A stretch of 64,000 nt of DNA, taken from NCBI GenBank assembly GCA_016866335.1, contig VGMT01000008.1, positions 12,049 through 76,048 on the forward strand. Reading direction: 5' to 3'. The notes under the pieces are model-generated. The model did not search any database, was not told the DNA's origin, and worked only from the letters and a program-made list of their open reading frames with translations. A program made the position numbers and the translations under genes. The stretch is from Bacteroidota bacterium (GTDB lineage Bacteria; Bacteroidota; Bacteroidia; CAIKAF01). Position 1 is the stretch's first letter. Every line of letters begins with the position of its first letter. Below are positions 38,921 to 49,359 of the stretch, piece after piece.

Positions 38921-40150
38921 TTATTTTACTATAACCTTGTGAATTTCGGACTTTCCATTTGCCTTCGTCCAGACCAATGAATAAATACCCGCAGAAAGTT
39001 CTGGCATTTCCTTCAGGTGATTTTCTGAATTCAAAATCCTACTTAATACCACCCTGCCTGCTGAATCAAATAGCCGAACAGATCCAGTCCAAGTAGAATT
39101 GAAATTCAACTTTTGGGCCGCAGAGCCTGACACAGGATTTGGATAAACCACCGATTTAAATTCCGATTCGGGAGAAAGGCTCAATTGGTCATTGCAAACC
39201 ATATCCCATAAAAAATCCCGAACAAACCAAAAAGTAGAATCCATATAAGCCGGACTGGAGTTTTGAGGACTATGACCAGCACCCAACCACAATTGAAAAT
39301 CGTTTCGAACACCGATATTTTGTGCCCGTTTGTTCAGGGTTAAAGAACCATCTACCTCCATAACTGGAATTCCTGGGTTGGCAATAGCCGTATTGTGGGG
39401 AACAGTTCCATCTTGATCTCCATGCAAAGAAACAAAGGGCTGATTGCCTGGTTCAAGCCAAATTGAATCAGCCAAAGCACCACAAATATTAATAACTGCC
39501 TGAACTCCAGAAGGATAACCAGGGTTTCCAGAATTACCTTCCAAATCGCCCAAATTGGGACTTACCCCTTGGGGTACCTCTGAGGCCTTATCTAAATATG
39601 CATTGTGAAGGCTTAAAATAGCTCCCGCCGAATTGCCGCCCACAACCACTCGGTTTGGATCTATGCCATAGGGATTTCCCATTTCAGACACAGATTTACG
39701 TAGGTATCGTATGGCAGCCTTTTGATCTTGAACAGCTCTATACACAGCTTCAACAAACGTTAACTCCACATTCGGACTTAAAAAAATGGTCAGCGGATTT
39801 TCAAGTCGATAATTCATAGAGGCGGTTACATAACCCAACTTGGCAAACCGGGAACACAATTCCACGATTGAATTATCTGCCGTCTTTGAGCCCCCAATAA
39901 AACTGCCCCCATGTGCCAGCAGTATTACAGGTCTTTGGGTTCTATTATCTCCATCAGGCAAATATATATCCATCAATAAATTTAGGCTCACCCCCTCACT
40001 ATTAACGGCTTGTCCATATTGAACATTCGACTGAACAGTAAAACTGGGAAACTGCTCTGTTTGATACATTCCATTATCGCATTCAGCAATTTGTGCGAGT
40101 AGCGAGGTTTGGAAAAAAAGGCTAAGACCTAAGAGATAAACTGTTTTCAT
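38921..40150 (-). CDS. secreted alpha/beta-hydrolase (carboxylesterase/lipase-like) with T9SS C-terminal domain
   Basis: A signal peptide, the oxyanion HGGSF motif and the nucleophile elbow GGNSAG are present. The C-terminal roughly 75 aa resemble a Por CTD. Confidence 0.62.
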   Translation of the reverse strand: MKTVYLLGLSLFFQTSLLAQIAECDNGMYQTEQFPSFTVQSNVQYGQAVNSEGVSLNLLMDIYLPDGDNRTQRPVILLAHGGSFIGGSKTADNSIVELCSRFAKLGYVTASMNYRLENPLTIFLSPNVELTFVEAVYRAVQDQKAAIRYLRKSVSEMGNPYGIDPNRVVVGGNSAGAILSLHNAYLDKASEVPQGVSPNLGDLEGNSGNPGYPSGVQAVINICGALADSIWLEPGNQPFVSLHGDQDGTVPHNTAIANPGIPVMEVDGSLTLNKRAQNIGVRNDFQLWLGAGHSPQNSSPAYMDSTFWFVRDFLWDMVCNDQLSLSPESEFKSVVYPNPVSGSAAQKLNFNSTWTGSVRLFDSAGRVVLSRILNSENHLKEMPELSAGIYSLVWTKANGKSEIHKVIVK

Positions 40151-40182
40151 AGATTAAATTTATGTTAAGGTAAAAAAAAATA

Positions 40183-41784
40183 CTATTTCAAAGCCCTAAT
40201 TGAGGCATTTATCCATGGATCGGTTTGATTAGCAACTTGATAATATCCAACCATGCCCCATAAATTTCGAGCCAGCAACTCTTCTACCCTTTGCAATACA
40301 ATAGGTTGCGATTTAGGCTGTCCATTCCAAGCCTCCTTTTGGGCCGAATTAAGAGCCTTCAACCATTCAGCTTTGATTTCATTTTCCCATGCCTTTTTTT
40401 CTGATATCCAATCTAAGGCTGAAGGATACTTTTTAATCCATTTTGCACGAAATTGTTGAGTCATGTTAAAGATAATTTCCTGAATGTTACCCGTTGAATA
40501 GAGGTCCAAAAAGAGTTCAGAAGGTTCAAGTTCTTCTTTTACCAAAATATCAGGCAGAATCCCCCCCCCTCCAAATACAATCCGTCCCGCATCCGTATAA
40601 TAAGGAGTCGTGTCCCCTTTAATTTCAATAATAACACTTTCGGCATAATAGGCATCTGTTCCCTGCTCATAAGAACGTTGAATACACCGACCCGCAGGGG
40701 TAAAATACCTCGCAACGGTTAAAGTTAATGCAGCTCCATTGGCAAGAGGCATGGGCTCTTGAACCAAACCTTTTCCAAATGTCCTTTCTCCAACAATCCA
40801 GCCCCTATCGTGGTCTTGAACGGCTCCTGCAACAATTTCTGAGGCACTTGCACTATACCTGTCAACCAAAATACACAATGGCTTGCCCTCAAAATTTCCT
40901 TGATTCGTCGAAAAGTACTCCTCCTTTTCACGTTTAAGTCCTTGGGTATAAACGATCAGTTCTTCATTTTTTAAAAATTCATCTGCAATCTCAATGGCAG
41001 CACTCAGCAAGCCGCCGGGATTGCCGCGCAGGTCTAAAATCAACCGAGTCATACCCTTTTCTTCTAATTTTAAAATAGCCTCTTCAATTTCTTTTGAGGA
41101 TGTTTCTGAAAAACGCGACAACTTGATAAATCCCGTTTTTGCATCATACATGTAAGCTGCATCCACCGTATTCAATGGGATTTTATCTCGTTTAATTTTG
41201 AAAATTAGTATGGTTGAACTTCCAGGACGTTTGATTCCCACTTTAACGGTCGAGCCAGCCTCTCCGCGCAATTCCTTAACCACATCCTGACTTTCAATTC
41301 CAACCCCCGCGATAGATACACCATCTACTTCGACAATTCGATCGCCCGCCATTATTCCTACTTTTTCCGAGGGGCCGCCAGGAAGAACCGCATCCACCAT
41401 TACGGTGTCTCGAACAATTTCAAACTGAACCCCTATCCCTTCAAATTCTCCTGCAATTTCCTCTTCTAAAGCCGAATTATCAATGGGCGGCAAATACGTA
41501 GAATGAGGATCTAACTCGGTTAAAAATGCTTGGTAGGCCTTAGATTTAAGGTCCTCAATATCAACACTATCAACGTAATTTTCCTCAATCAATTGAAGTA
41601 AATAATCCAATTCACTGTATCCCGCTCCTTCCGTTTGCAAAGATTTGGAAATCCAATGTGGCTTTGAAAAAATAATCCCAATTAAAATGCCTAGAACAAG
41701 GAAAACGGAAAACAATAAGGGCAAAAGGAATTTGCTTGAAGATGAGCGACCTGAATTCATACCCTCAAATATACAACAAACCAA
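40183..41784 (-). CDS. S41 family C-terminal processing peptidase (second paralog)
   Basis: It has the same PDZ and catalytic architecture as 17714-19297 (GVQFE...LDLRGNPGG...SASASE). The likely start is an internal Met at 41760. Confidence 0.75.
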   Translation of the reverse strand: MVCCIFEGMNSGRSSSSKFLLPLLFSVFLVLGILIGIIFSKPHWISKSLQTEGAGYSELDYLLQLIEENYVDSVDIEDLKSKAYQAFLTELDPHSTYLPPIDNSALEEEIAGEFEGIGVQFEIVRDTVMVDAVLPGGPSEKVGIMAGDRIVEVDGVSIAGVGIESQDVVKELRGEAGSTVKVGIKRPGSSTILIFKIKRDKIPLNTVDAAYMYDAKTGFIKLSRFSETSSKEIEEAILKLEEKGMTRLILDLRGNPGGLLSAAIEIADEFLKNEELIVYTQGLKREKEEYFSTNQGNFEGKPLCILVDRYSASASEIVAGAVQDHDRGWIVGERTFGKGLVQEPMPLANGAALTLTVARYFTPAGRCIQRSYEQGTDAYYAESVIIEIKGDTTPYYTDAGRIVFGGGGILPDILVKEELEPSELFLDLYSTGNIQEIIFNMTQQFRAKWIKKYPSALDWISEKKAWENEIKAEWLKALNSAQKEAWNGQPKSQPIVLQRVEELLARNLWGMVGYYQVANQTDPWINASIRALK

Positions 41785-41790
41785 GGGCGG

Positions 41791-42840
41791 TTAGGGTACA
41801 TTACTCAACCAATCATCCAACGCGGAATTCAGCAAGGAGGGTTTGGAGATGCTAGCCTTTTCGGGAGAAGAAATATGCTCCCAATCTACAAATCCAGCTG
41901 TACGGTAATCAAACCACCCAAATTGACCATGCAAATCTTTAGCTAGGCCTTCTTGTTCTGGTTGACCTGGGGTTGGATCAAGCAATGCTGGTTTGCCCTG
42001 CAACCTTAAATCCATTAAAGTACTGTAACCCGCACGACAAAAAACCCAAGTTGCGGCCGATAAAAATGGGGAAAGTTGTGAGGGAGTTGCTAAATCTACG
42101 ACCTCCCAATTAGAAGGAAATTTGACCTTAGGAGGGGCCGATGTTCCGCGAACGACCCGAAATACTCCATACTTTTCTTCCAACTTTGGGGTCATTTCAA
42201 TCTCCCAATGACTTCGAAGTGGTTCTGGACCTGAAATAATCCACAGAGGCATTGGGCTTAATTGGGTTTTGTCCTCAACCATCGGCAAAGCCGATAAGTA
42301 CCCCAGATACCTTTTCGGTAAATGTGTTCGCGACAATTTTCCAGATAACTTCTCTTCGGGGTGATCCGGCAACCACAATTCCTTAAATCGCGACAAATAT
42401 AAATCGTGCAAAACATTGGCCGGCGCCATCCAGAATGGAATAGGCAAAGTCAATTGATGCGCAATTAAAGCCGAGGGTATGTTTTTTCCCTGAAAGGCTG
42501 GTCGATGATCTGATACAATAAAATCAGGAGCTCCATTCTTCCGAATGTACGTTTTCATCCACCTTTGGTCTGCACGCAACCAATGTTGCAAATTAAAAGC
42601 CTGTTTCAAAATAGCCAAACTAAAACTTCCACCCGGTTTTTGATAGGTAATTCCTGGGTCGGGCAACTCATGAAAGGTCACATCAGGAAACCGCCTCTTT
42701 AGCCATTCCAAACCTACGCCAGAACAGCCAACCTCAACCCTACATCCCTTTTCAATTAATGTTTCTATTACAACAGATGAACGGGTGGCATGACCAAGGC
42801 CCCAATTTAATATTCCATACAAAACTCTAGGCTGCTTCAT
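41791..42840 (-). CDS. glycosyltransferase (GT28/MGT-like)
   Basis: The N-terminus YGILNWGLGHATRS is a G-loop typical of GT-B MurG/UDP-glycosyltransferase-like enzymes. Confidence 0.55.
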   Translation of the reverse strand: MKQPRVLYGILNWGLGHATRSSVVIETLIEKGCRVEVGCSGVGLEWLKRRFPDVTFHELPDPGITYQKPGGSFSLAILKQAFNLQHWLRADQRWMKTYIRKNGAPDFIVSDHRPAFQGKNIPSALIAHQLTLPIPFWMAPANVLHDLYLSRFKELWLPDHPEEKLSGKLSRTHLPKRYLGYLSALPMVEDKTQLSPMPLWIISGPEPLRSHWEIEMTPKLEEKYGVFRVVRGTSAPPKVKFPSNWEVVDLATPSQLSPFLSAATWVFCRAGYSTLMDLRLQGKPALLDPTPGQPEQEGLAKDLHGQFGWFDYRTAGFVDWEHISSPEKASISKPSLLNSALDDWLSNVP

Positions 42841-42850
42841 TCTTCAAGAT

Positions 42851-44047
42851 TTAATTTTCAACTTCATCGGGTTGGGATTTTTTCCATTCCCTTAAAATTG
42901 CCGTCCAAGATTGGCGAATAAAAACCCGAAAAACAGTATAACCCGGAACGGCAAATATCAGTCCGTAAAATCCAGCAAGTTTTGCTCCTATAAACGTAAT
43001 TAGGAAGATTTCAAGAGGATGAATGTTTAACCTTGACGAAAAAATAATGGGCTGCAAAAAATACCCATCAATTTGCTGTACTAAAAAGAAAACCAGCATC
43101 ATTCTCAACATTAAGGGCCACAACTCTTGATAAAACTCAGCATCCAAATGAGCCGAAATACCCAATAAAAGACCCAACAAACTACCTAAAATGGGACCTA
43201 AATATGGAATAATGTTGAACAGCGAAGCAATCAAGGCTATGCTAATTGCCAATGTGGGAGATAAACCAACAAGCCATAGGCCAAGCCCTTCTAATAAGAA
43301 AACCAACAACCATTGAACAAGTAGTCCATTAAAATATTGAGTTAATAGGCGACGACTTTCCACCCAACTTTGAACAAAAATGGGGCGAACCGATTTGGGC
43401 AAAAAACACTGAACAGCAGGCCAAATTATATCCTTGTCTTTCAATAAAAAAAAAGCGATAAAAAAGCCCGAAACAAAAGCCAAAATTAAGCTTGCAACCG
43501 CAGAAGCCACAGCACCCAGCATATTTCCCAACCAAATTAAATCAACCCAATCCATTAGTTTTTGCCGAAATTGAAGTGTGATTTCCTGATTGGATGCAGG
43601 TATTCCTAGATTTTGATTGACCAATGAATCCAATCCTGATCCACCAATTCCTTGCTCCGAAAGCCATCGAGCTGATACCCCAATTGGCTCTTCCAATGCT
43701 GAAACCACCTGATGCGATTCAATCTTTTGCCAATTGCTTAATTGATATCCAATTAAGGGTAATACCAACATCCAAAAAACCGAAAATACCAGCATTAGGA
43801 TTGCCAACGAAAGAAAAGAGGCCAATGAATTTGGACAGGATTTCCCTCGGAATTTAATTCCCTTAATTCGACCATAAATAGGATGAGCCATTAAGGCCAG
43901 AACTACCCCAATAATTAAATACGAACTGACAGCAGGAAAATAAACCCCAAACCCAATAATACCGACGAGCAACATCAGAATTGGCACCCATATTGAAGGG
44001 CGACTTATCCAACGAAGTATTAAATCAGATTGCGGCTTGTTTCCCAT
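42851..44047 (-). CDS. AI-2E family transporter (PerM/UPF0118)
   Basis: An eight-TM membrane protein with a 398 aa length and topology typical of AI-2E. Confidence 0.7.
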   Translation of the reverse strand: MGNKPQSDLILRWISRPSIWVPILMLLVGIIGFGVYFPAVSSYLIIGVVLALMAHPIYGRIKGIKFRGKSCPNSLASFLSLAILMLVFSVFWMLVLPLIGYQLSNWQKIESHQVVSALEEPIGVSARWLSEQGIGGSGLDSLVNQNLGIPASNQEITLQFRQKLMDWVDLIWLGNMLGAVASAVASLILAFVSGFFIAFFLLKDKDIIWPAVQCFLPKSVRPIFVQSWVESRRLLTQYFNGLLVQWLLVFLLEGLGLWLVGLSPTLAISIALIASLFNIIPYLGPILGSLLGLLLGISAHLDAEFYQELWPLMLRMMLVFFLVQQIDGYFLQPIIFSSRLNIHPLEIFLITFIGAKLAGFYGLIFAVPGYTVFRVFIRQSWTAILREWKKSQPDEVEN

Positions 44048-44714
44048 TCCCTTCTAAACTTAAAATCACCTCACGTAAAACCTTTGGTGGTAAATCATGA
44101 CCACCGTTAAATGGCCATAATTTCGGCCTAAAATCTAAAAACAATTCAGCAAGGTTATCTGGCATATAAGGATCTGATGTTCCATAAACCAAAATTATTT
44201 TCCCCAATTCAGGTTGACCTAAAAGTGGCAAGGTAAAATCAGTGGGGAAAACAGCTCCCCAAAGTACCAACCCTTGAATGTCTTGTGGATTACGATTCAT
44301 AAAAAAACGCGCTGCGGTTGCAGCGCCTTGAGAAAAACCCAAAATAAAAATGGCCGCATTGGGTGATGAAGAACGGACATAATTTATGACTTTAGACAGA
44401 TAACCAATGTAGTCTTGAATTTCATCTGCCCGGTCGTGTTTTGTCATCCAAGAAGCTCCGACTTCTCCAAAAGCCCCCTTAACATAGAATTTACTCAAGC
44501 CTTCTGGGGCCAAAAAACAACGCTCATCCTCCTGCAGGTCTGAAAATTTCTCAACAAAATCACTGGCAATTTGGGCATAACCATGAAGTACAATCCACAC
44601 AAAATCAGTGGATTCAGATAAATCGCCCCGAATTTCAACCTGGGCAGTTCGAAGTACAGGAATCGCAATTCTCTTCACTACCTTAAAGGTACTTTTCCTA
44701 TTAGGTTGTGCCAA
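44025..44714 (-). CDS. alpha/beta hydrolase (phospholipase/carboxylesterase family)
   Basis: The nucleophile elbow GFSQGA is present in a 229-aa protein. Confidence 0.55.
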   Translation of the reverse strand: MAQPNRKSTFKVVKRIAIPVLRTAQVEIRGDLSESTDFVWIVLHGYAQIASDFVEKFSDLQEDERCFLAPEGLSKFYVKGAFGEVGASWMTKHDRADEIQDYIGYLSKVINYVRSSSPNAAIFILGFSQGAATAARFFMNRNPQDIQGLVLWGAVFPTDFTLPLLGQPELGKIILVYGTSDPYMPDNLAELFLDFRPKLWPFNGGHDLPPKVLREVILSLEGNGKQAAI

Positions 44715-44777
44715 AAAAGTAAGAAAAAAAACCGTTTTTTTTCCATTTGTTTACCTTGAGATAACGATGCCCTAACT

Positions 44778-45944
44778 CTAGGCCTTTTTCAATGATTTGC
44801 GCCGTTTAAATTCAGCATACAGCAAGCCCAATTCTCTGCCGGTTTGTCCCTGAACCGAGGTGTTCTCTGTAGCTCTACGCTGAAGATAAGGCAGCAACTC
44901 ATTTACTGGACCATATGGCACGTATTTAGCTACATTATAACCTGATTGCGCTAAATTAAAGCTAATGTGGTCGCTCATTCCCAATAACTGTGAAAAATAA
45001 ATGCGTGGATCCGAAGGGCTTAAATCAAATTGTTGCATTCTCTCAACCAATTTGAGGCAACTTTCTTCATTGTGAGTTCCAAGGACTATGGCTCCCAAGT
45101 GAATATGCTCCACAACAAAATCAAGCGCAGAATTAAAATCTCGATCGGTATCGGCCTTAGAAATTAGAATTGGGTCAGGGTAACTTTTTTCAACTGAACG
45201 CCGCCTTTCCTTTTCCATATAAGCGCCACGAACAAGTTTAACCCCAGGATAGAAACCCTGATTTTCAGCCTTCTGCCATAAATATTTAAGGTATTCCAAT
45301 CTATCCTTCCTATACAATTGAAGGGTGGTGTAAACAAGCGGTCCATCCGTATTAAATTCAACAAAGGCCTCTTCTGCTAACCTATCAATGGCTGTTTGCA
45401 ACCAGCTTTCTTCTGCATCAATCATTATAGGCACTCGCTTTCTTGAGGCTTCGGTTAAAATTCTACGGAAACGCTCTTTCAAATTCAACCATTCAGGGTC
45501 ATTGTCATCGGCGTGAACCGACTGCCTGGTTAGCACATCTTCGGTTGCCAAACCACTGACTTTAAATACAGCAAAGGGCATTGATGAACTTTTTGCCGCG
45601 GTGGCTATGCACTCTATTATTTCAAGGGCGGTTCCCTCAAAACCCTGGTCATCTTTTTTACCTTCTACGGAATAATCCAAAATACTTCCAACACCTCTTT
45701 CGGCCAACCAGATGATTTTCTCCATCGATGAATCACGGGTTTCTCCTCCCACAAATTGTTGGAAAATAGTCCTTTTAATCAAGCCCTTAATTGGAAAACC
45801 TAAACCCAAAAGGAAAGAAGTTAACGTACTTCCCACTTTTACCAAAAACGGGTTGGACAGCAATCGAAACAACAAGACCGCACGGCCAAGTTCCGCATCG
45901 CTTTTACCCCGAAAGGCAACCTCAGTACAATCAAATGAAAGCAT
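44778..45944 (-). CDS. proline dehydrogenase family protein
   Basis: A monofunctional PRODH TIM-barrel of 388 aa with a C-terminal region typical of Bacteroidota PutA-like PRODH. Confidence 0.6.
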   Translation of the reverse strand: MLSFDCTEVAFRGKSDAELGRAVLLFRLLSNPFLVKVGSTLTSFLLGLGFPIKGLIKRTIFQQFVGGETRDSSMEKIIWLAERGVGSILDYSVEGKKDDQGFEGTALEIIECIATAAKSSSMPFAVFKVSGLATEDVLTRQSVHADDNDPEWLNLKERFRRILTEASRKRVPIMIDAEESWLQTAIDRLAEEAFVEFNTDGPLVYTTLQLYRKDRLEYLKYLWQKAENQGFYPGVKLVRGAYMEKERRRSVEKSYPDPILISKADTDRDFNSALDFVVEHIHLGAIVLGTHNEESCLKLVERMQQFDLSPSDPRIYFSQLLGMSDHISFNLAQSGYNVAKYVPYGPVNELLPYLQRRATENTSVQGQTGRELGLLYAEFKRRKSLKKA

Positions 45945-46024
45945 GGAAATTCATATGCGCAAACCTACATTAAAAATTTCTCACTTAATATGGTATTTTT
46001 ACCTTTGGCCCATAGAAATTCACC

Positions 46025-47080
46025 ATGTTTCTCACCACAGGAAATTGCCCTATCTATTTTGAAAAAAACGGCTTTGATTACCTGAGGAATTTCCTCAAGG
46101 AATTAGCGGCAGACCGTCAGCTGTTTTTGGTCACAGATGAGAATTGTAAAAAACATTGCTGGCCGCTGCTTGAACAGGTTTTTGATAAAAACCAAAAGCC
46201 ATTGTTGGTGACCCTTCCAGCTGGAGAAAGGTATAAAACGCTTGAAAGCGCAACCTTAATCTGGGATTCATTAATGACCGCCCAAGCAAAGCGAAACAGC
46301 TTAATAATTAACCTAGGTGGAGGGGTTATAACCGATATGGGGGGGTTTGCTGCCAGTGTTTTTAAAAGAGGTATACCCTTTATTCATATTCCAACCAGTT
46401 TATTAGGTATGGTCGATGCCTCCATTGGAGGCAAAACCGGCATCGACTTTAAAGCGCACAAAAACATGATTGGAACATTCTCATATCCAGAGGCTGTTTT
46501 TATATGGGACGGATTTTTGGAAACGCTCGAACAGGGCCACCGAAAATCGGGAATGGCAGAGGCCTATAAGCATGCTCTAATTGACAACAGTGGGTATTGG
46601 GATTTCCTGAAGAAAGGAGATTTGAGTTTTGAACGCATCATCTTTAAAAGCCTTGAAATCAAAAAAAAACTGGCCGACAAGGACCCAAAAGAAAAAGGGG
46701 AACGAAAAAAATTGAATTTTGGTCATACCGTGGCGCATAGTCTAGAGGCCTATTTCCTAGATAAAGAAGAAGAAATTTTTCATGGCAATGCCGTTGCAGC
46801 TGGTATTATTGTTGAATCCTTTTTATCGTGGAAATCCGGATTTTTATCCCTTGAATGCTTAGAAGAGATCACCGGTGTTATTTTCCGAAGATTTGACCCT
46901 ATTTTGTTCCCCACTAAAGATGTGGAATACCTTTTAAGCTATATGAAGCAAGATAAAAAGAACGACAAATCTGGGCTAAACTTCACATTATTGGATTGTG
47001 TCGGTGGCGCAATAATCAACCAAAGACTGGACACATCTTTGGTCGGGGAAGGCCTTACATATTATGCCTCTCTAGTATAA
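46025..47080 (+). CDS. aroB: 3-dehydroquinate synthase
   Basis: The glycine-rich NAD-binding GGGVITDMGGF motif and metal-binding His residues are present in a 351-aa protein. Confidence 0.82.
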   Translation: MFLTTGNCPIYFEKNGFDYLRNFLKELAADRQLFLVTDENCKKHCWPLLEQVFDKNQKPLLVTLPAGERYKTLESATLIWDSLMTAQAKRNSLIINLGGGVITDMGGFAASVFKRGIPFIHIPTSLLGMVDASIGGKTGIDFKAHKNMIGTFSYPEAVFIWDGFLETLEQGHRKSGMAEAYKHALIDNSGYWDFLKKGDLSFERIIFKSLEIKKKLADKDPKEKGERKKLNFGHTVAHSLEAYFLDKEEEIFHGNAVAAGIIVESFLSWKSGFLSLECLEEITGVIFRRFDPILFPTKDVEYLLSYMKQDKKNDKSGLNFTLLDCVGGAIINQRLDTSLVGEGLTYYASLV

Positions 47081-48279
47081 TGCGAATCATTCCGGTAGAA
47101 ATCAATCAGGATCAGTACCCCTCCTTCCAATTACCCCCTTCAAAAAGCGTTTACAACAGGCACCGAGTTCTTTATCACCTGGCAAAGGAAAAAATGCCTT
47201 TTCCTACAAAAGGCCTGCCCGCTGATTGCACATATTTAGATCTTGCCCTAAACAGTTTCGATGAAGATGTATACCTAGGCCAAGGGGGTACCACGCTTCG
47301 ATTTTATTTGGCAAGTCGCCTACTTCAAAATTATCAAGTCAAAATTCAAGTTGATGAGCAATTAAAGTCTAGACCCATTCACCCTCTTTTGGATTCGCTT
47401 GAGCAATTAGGTTTATGCATTGAAAGAGGTTGGCCGCTTCATATCAAACCGGCAAAAAAAATAGGCAATAAGGTCTTTGTTAATGCCTCTGATAGTTCCC
47501 AGTTTGTATCTGCCTTAGCTCTAGTAGGAGCCTTTCTTGAAAATGGATTAGCTATCGATTGGGAAGAAAATCTAGCGTCAAAATCATTTTTTGAATTAAC
47601 ACTGAGAATCCTCTCAGAATGGCAAATCGAATATACAGTTTCAAAGCAAAGTATTCATATCAAATCTGGATTTAAAATCCCTGAACAACCTTCAATTTCA
47701 GGAGATTGGGCTTCGGCTTCGTATGTTATCATGGGGGCGGCACTGCGCAAACAGTCGGTTTATTTGAATAATCTTGTCGAAAATACGGGGCAACCCGATG
47801 AGGAACTAAAAACTATGTTAGCTCCATTGGGCATTAAACTTAAATCATTGAACCGGGGTATGCTGGCTGAATGCACCGTTGAACAGATGAAATTAATCCA
47901 AAAAGATTTTACAAACTGTCCTGATTTAGCACCCACCTTGTGTATTTGGCACCTATTAAAAGGCATTCCGATTTGGTTCACAGGTTTAAACACCCTAAAT
48001 AAGAAAGAGAGCCAACGACTTAACAAACTGGCAGAACTTTTAAAGGATATGAAATTGGATTTTTCTGTAACCGCCGACAGCCTATTCTGCGAGGTTATGA
48101 ACCCAACTTTCCCTGAAAAATATGAAGCAAATACAGAAGGAGACCACAGATTAGCAATGGCATTCTCTGACCTCTGCCTTAAAATTCCCGATTTAAAGCT
48201 CAGTGAAGTACAATCCGTTGAAAAATCATACCCCCAATTTTGGGAAGAAATGAGAATCTGGAAAATCATTTCAAAATAA
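47080..48279 (+). CDS. aroA: 3-phosphoshikimate 1-carboxyvinyltransferase (EPSP synthase)
   Basis: The EPSP synthase fold starts at MRIIPVEIN... and the ATG overlaps the aroB stop (TAATG). The ORF-track start at 46996 is an out-of-context extension. Confidence 0.78.
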   Translation: MRIIPVEINQDQYPSFQLPPSKSVYNRHRVLYHLAKEKMPFPTKGLPADCTYLDLALNSFDEDVYLGQGGTTLRFYLASRLLQNYQVKIQVDEQLKSRPIHPLLDSLEQLGLCIERGWPLHIKPAKKIGNKVFVNASDSSQFVSALALVGAFLENGLAIDWEENLASKSFFELTLRILSEWQIEYTVSKQSIHIKSGFKIPEQPSISGDWASASYVIMGAALRKQSVYLNNLVENTGQPDEELKTMLAPLGIKLKSLNRGMLAECTVEQMKLIQKDFTNCPDLAPTLCIWHLLKGIPIWFTGLNTLNKKESQRLNKLAELLKDMKLDFSVTADSLFCEVMNPTFPEKYEANTEGDHRLAMAFSDLCLKIPDLKLSEVQSVEKSYPQFWEEMRIWKIISK

Positions 48280-48402
48280 AATTTATCCCAAAAGGACATT
48301 TTTTTCGCCTTCATTTGGCATATAATCAAGCCATTTATCCCTTATTTTTGCGCAAAACCAATTATTAATCAATGAATTGAGAGGTTAGCCAAATTAACTT
48401 CT

Positions 48403-48807
48403 ATGCATTGCGTTAAATTCTCTTTACAATCAATAATGCTTAAAAACTTTAGCTTTGCAATTGTAAAAATCAAAGTTATGCGCGTGAAAATCGGTTTAGA
48501 AATAAAGAAATTAAGGAAGTTGCAACGGTTTACACAAGAACAAATAGCCCAAAAACTTGACTTGAGTGTTGCTGGCTATTCTAGGATTGAGAGAGACGAG
48601 GTTAATGTTACTTTGGACCGCTTGCAAGAATTGTCGGATGTACTAGGAACAACTCCCGAATTTCTATTGGGTTGGGAGTCAGGCAAAGAAACCAAAACTG
48701 TTAAAGATTCAAGCCTTGATAAAATTGAGAGGCTTTATCAAGATCAAATCATTCAATTAAAAGAGGAAATTGTGTTTCTTCGAAAACAATTGCAAACAGA
48801 AGCCTAA
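48403..48807 (+). CDS. XRE-family helix-turn-helix transcriptional regulator
   Basis: An HTH FTQEQIAQKLDLSVAGYSRIERDE is followed by a predicted coiled-coil tail. The probable start is the internal Met at 48478. Confidence 0.6.
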   Translation: MHCVKFSLQSIMLKNFSFAIVKIKVMRVKIGLEIKKLRKLQRFTQEQIAQKLDLSVAGYSRIERDEVNVTLDRLQELSDVLGTTPEFLLGWESGKETKTVKDSSLDKIERLYQDQIIQLKEEIVFLRKQLQTEA

Positions 48808-48888
48808 TATTGTTCGCTCACCGTTCTTTGTAAATTGATTGTTTTTAAACGAAATCCATCAATTTATTTGAAAAAATGCATTTTTCAC

Positions 48889-48925
48889 TTGACAGGTAAA
48901 TTCTAATCCCGTAGATTTGCTTTTC
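48889..48925 (+). promoter_or_regulatory. candidate promoter (TTGACA-N17-TAGATTTG)
   Basis: TTGACA lies at 48889-48894 and TAGATTTG at 48918-48925. The latter matches the Bacteroidota sigma-AB -7 consensus TAnnTTTG. It points into a gene-free region. Confidence 0.3.
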
Positions 48926-49359
48926 ACTAGTGAATAAAACCTAACCTAATCGTTCTTGCTTCGTCACTTATTGGGGTGGCGAAGAACACTTCGGGTTCAT
49001 AAAGCGTGAAGTCTGATAGCGATAAAACGCACCTTATACGTGAATTTTATCGCTCGGGGGTCTCATGGATGCTTCTTAAAAACAGTGATATTTAGTTCAT
49101 TGGATTTAGGAAGCGGGAACATTGGGAATGAGACGGGGGCGCTGGCTACGCACCCAAATTAAATAACTCGCTTAGTCAAATTGACTGAATGTATTTGAGA
49201 ATGGACAGTTCCAAGCAATACGTCTTTTTGATAAAATCGAGTTGGTTGTAGAAAAACCGGTTTACGCCCAAGGGAGTCCTTCCTGAAAGTTCAGGTTGCG
49301 TCTCTTTTGGGCGTGCCTTCGACCAATCCCTTATCCAATTTTCCAGCTGTAGAATTGAG

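Noticed and set aside
46996-47079. Longer aroA start overlapping aroB by 85 nt.
   Set aside because: The extension MCRWRNNQPKTGHIFGRG... is out of character for EPSP synthase. The ATG at 47080 gives a TAATG coupling junction and a canonical MRIIPVEIN N-terminus.
47760-48329. 189-aa minus-strand ORF.
   Set aside because: It is antisense within aroA, and aroA has clear EPSP synthase homology throughout.
48930-49330. Possible tmRNA (ssrA) or RNase P RNA in the long non-coding region (GGGGTGGCGAAG... start, TTCGAC-like segment).
   Set aside because: No ALAA-type tag reading frame ending in GCnGCnTAA is present, and no T-arm GGTTCGAnTCC or 3' CCA on either strand. The RNase P conserved regions (GGAAAGTCCGGGC, AGGGTGAAA.GGTGCGGTAAGAGCGCACC, ACAGAA.CCGGCTTA) are absent.
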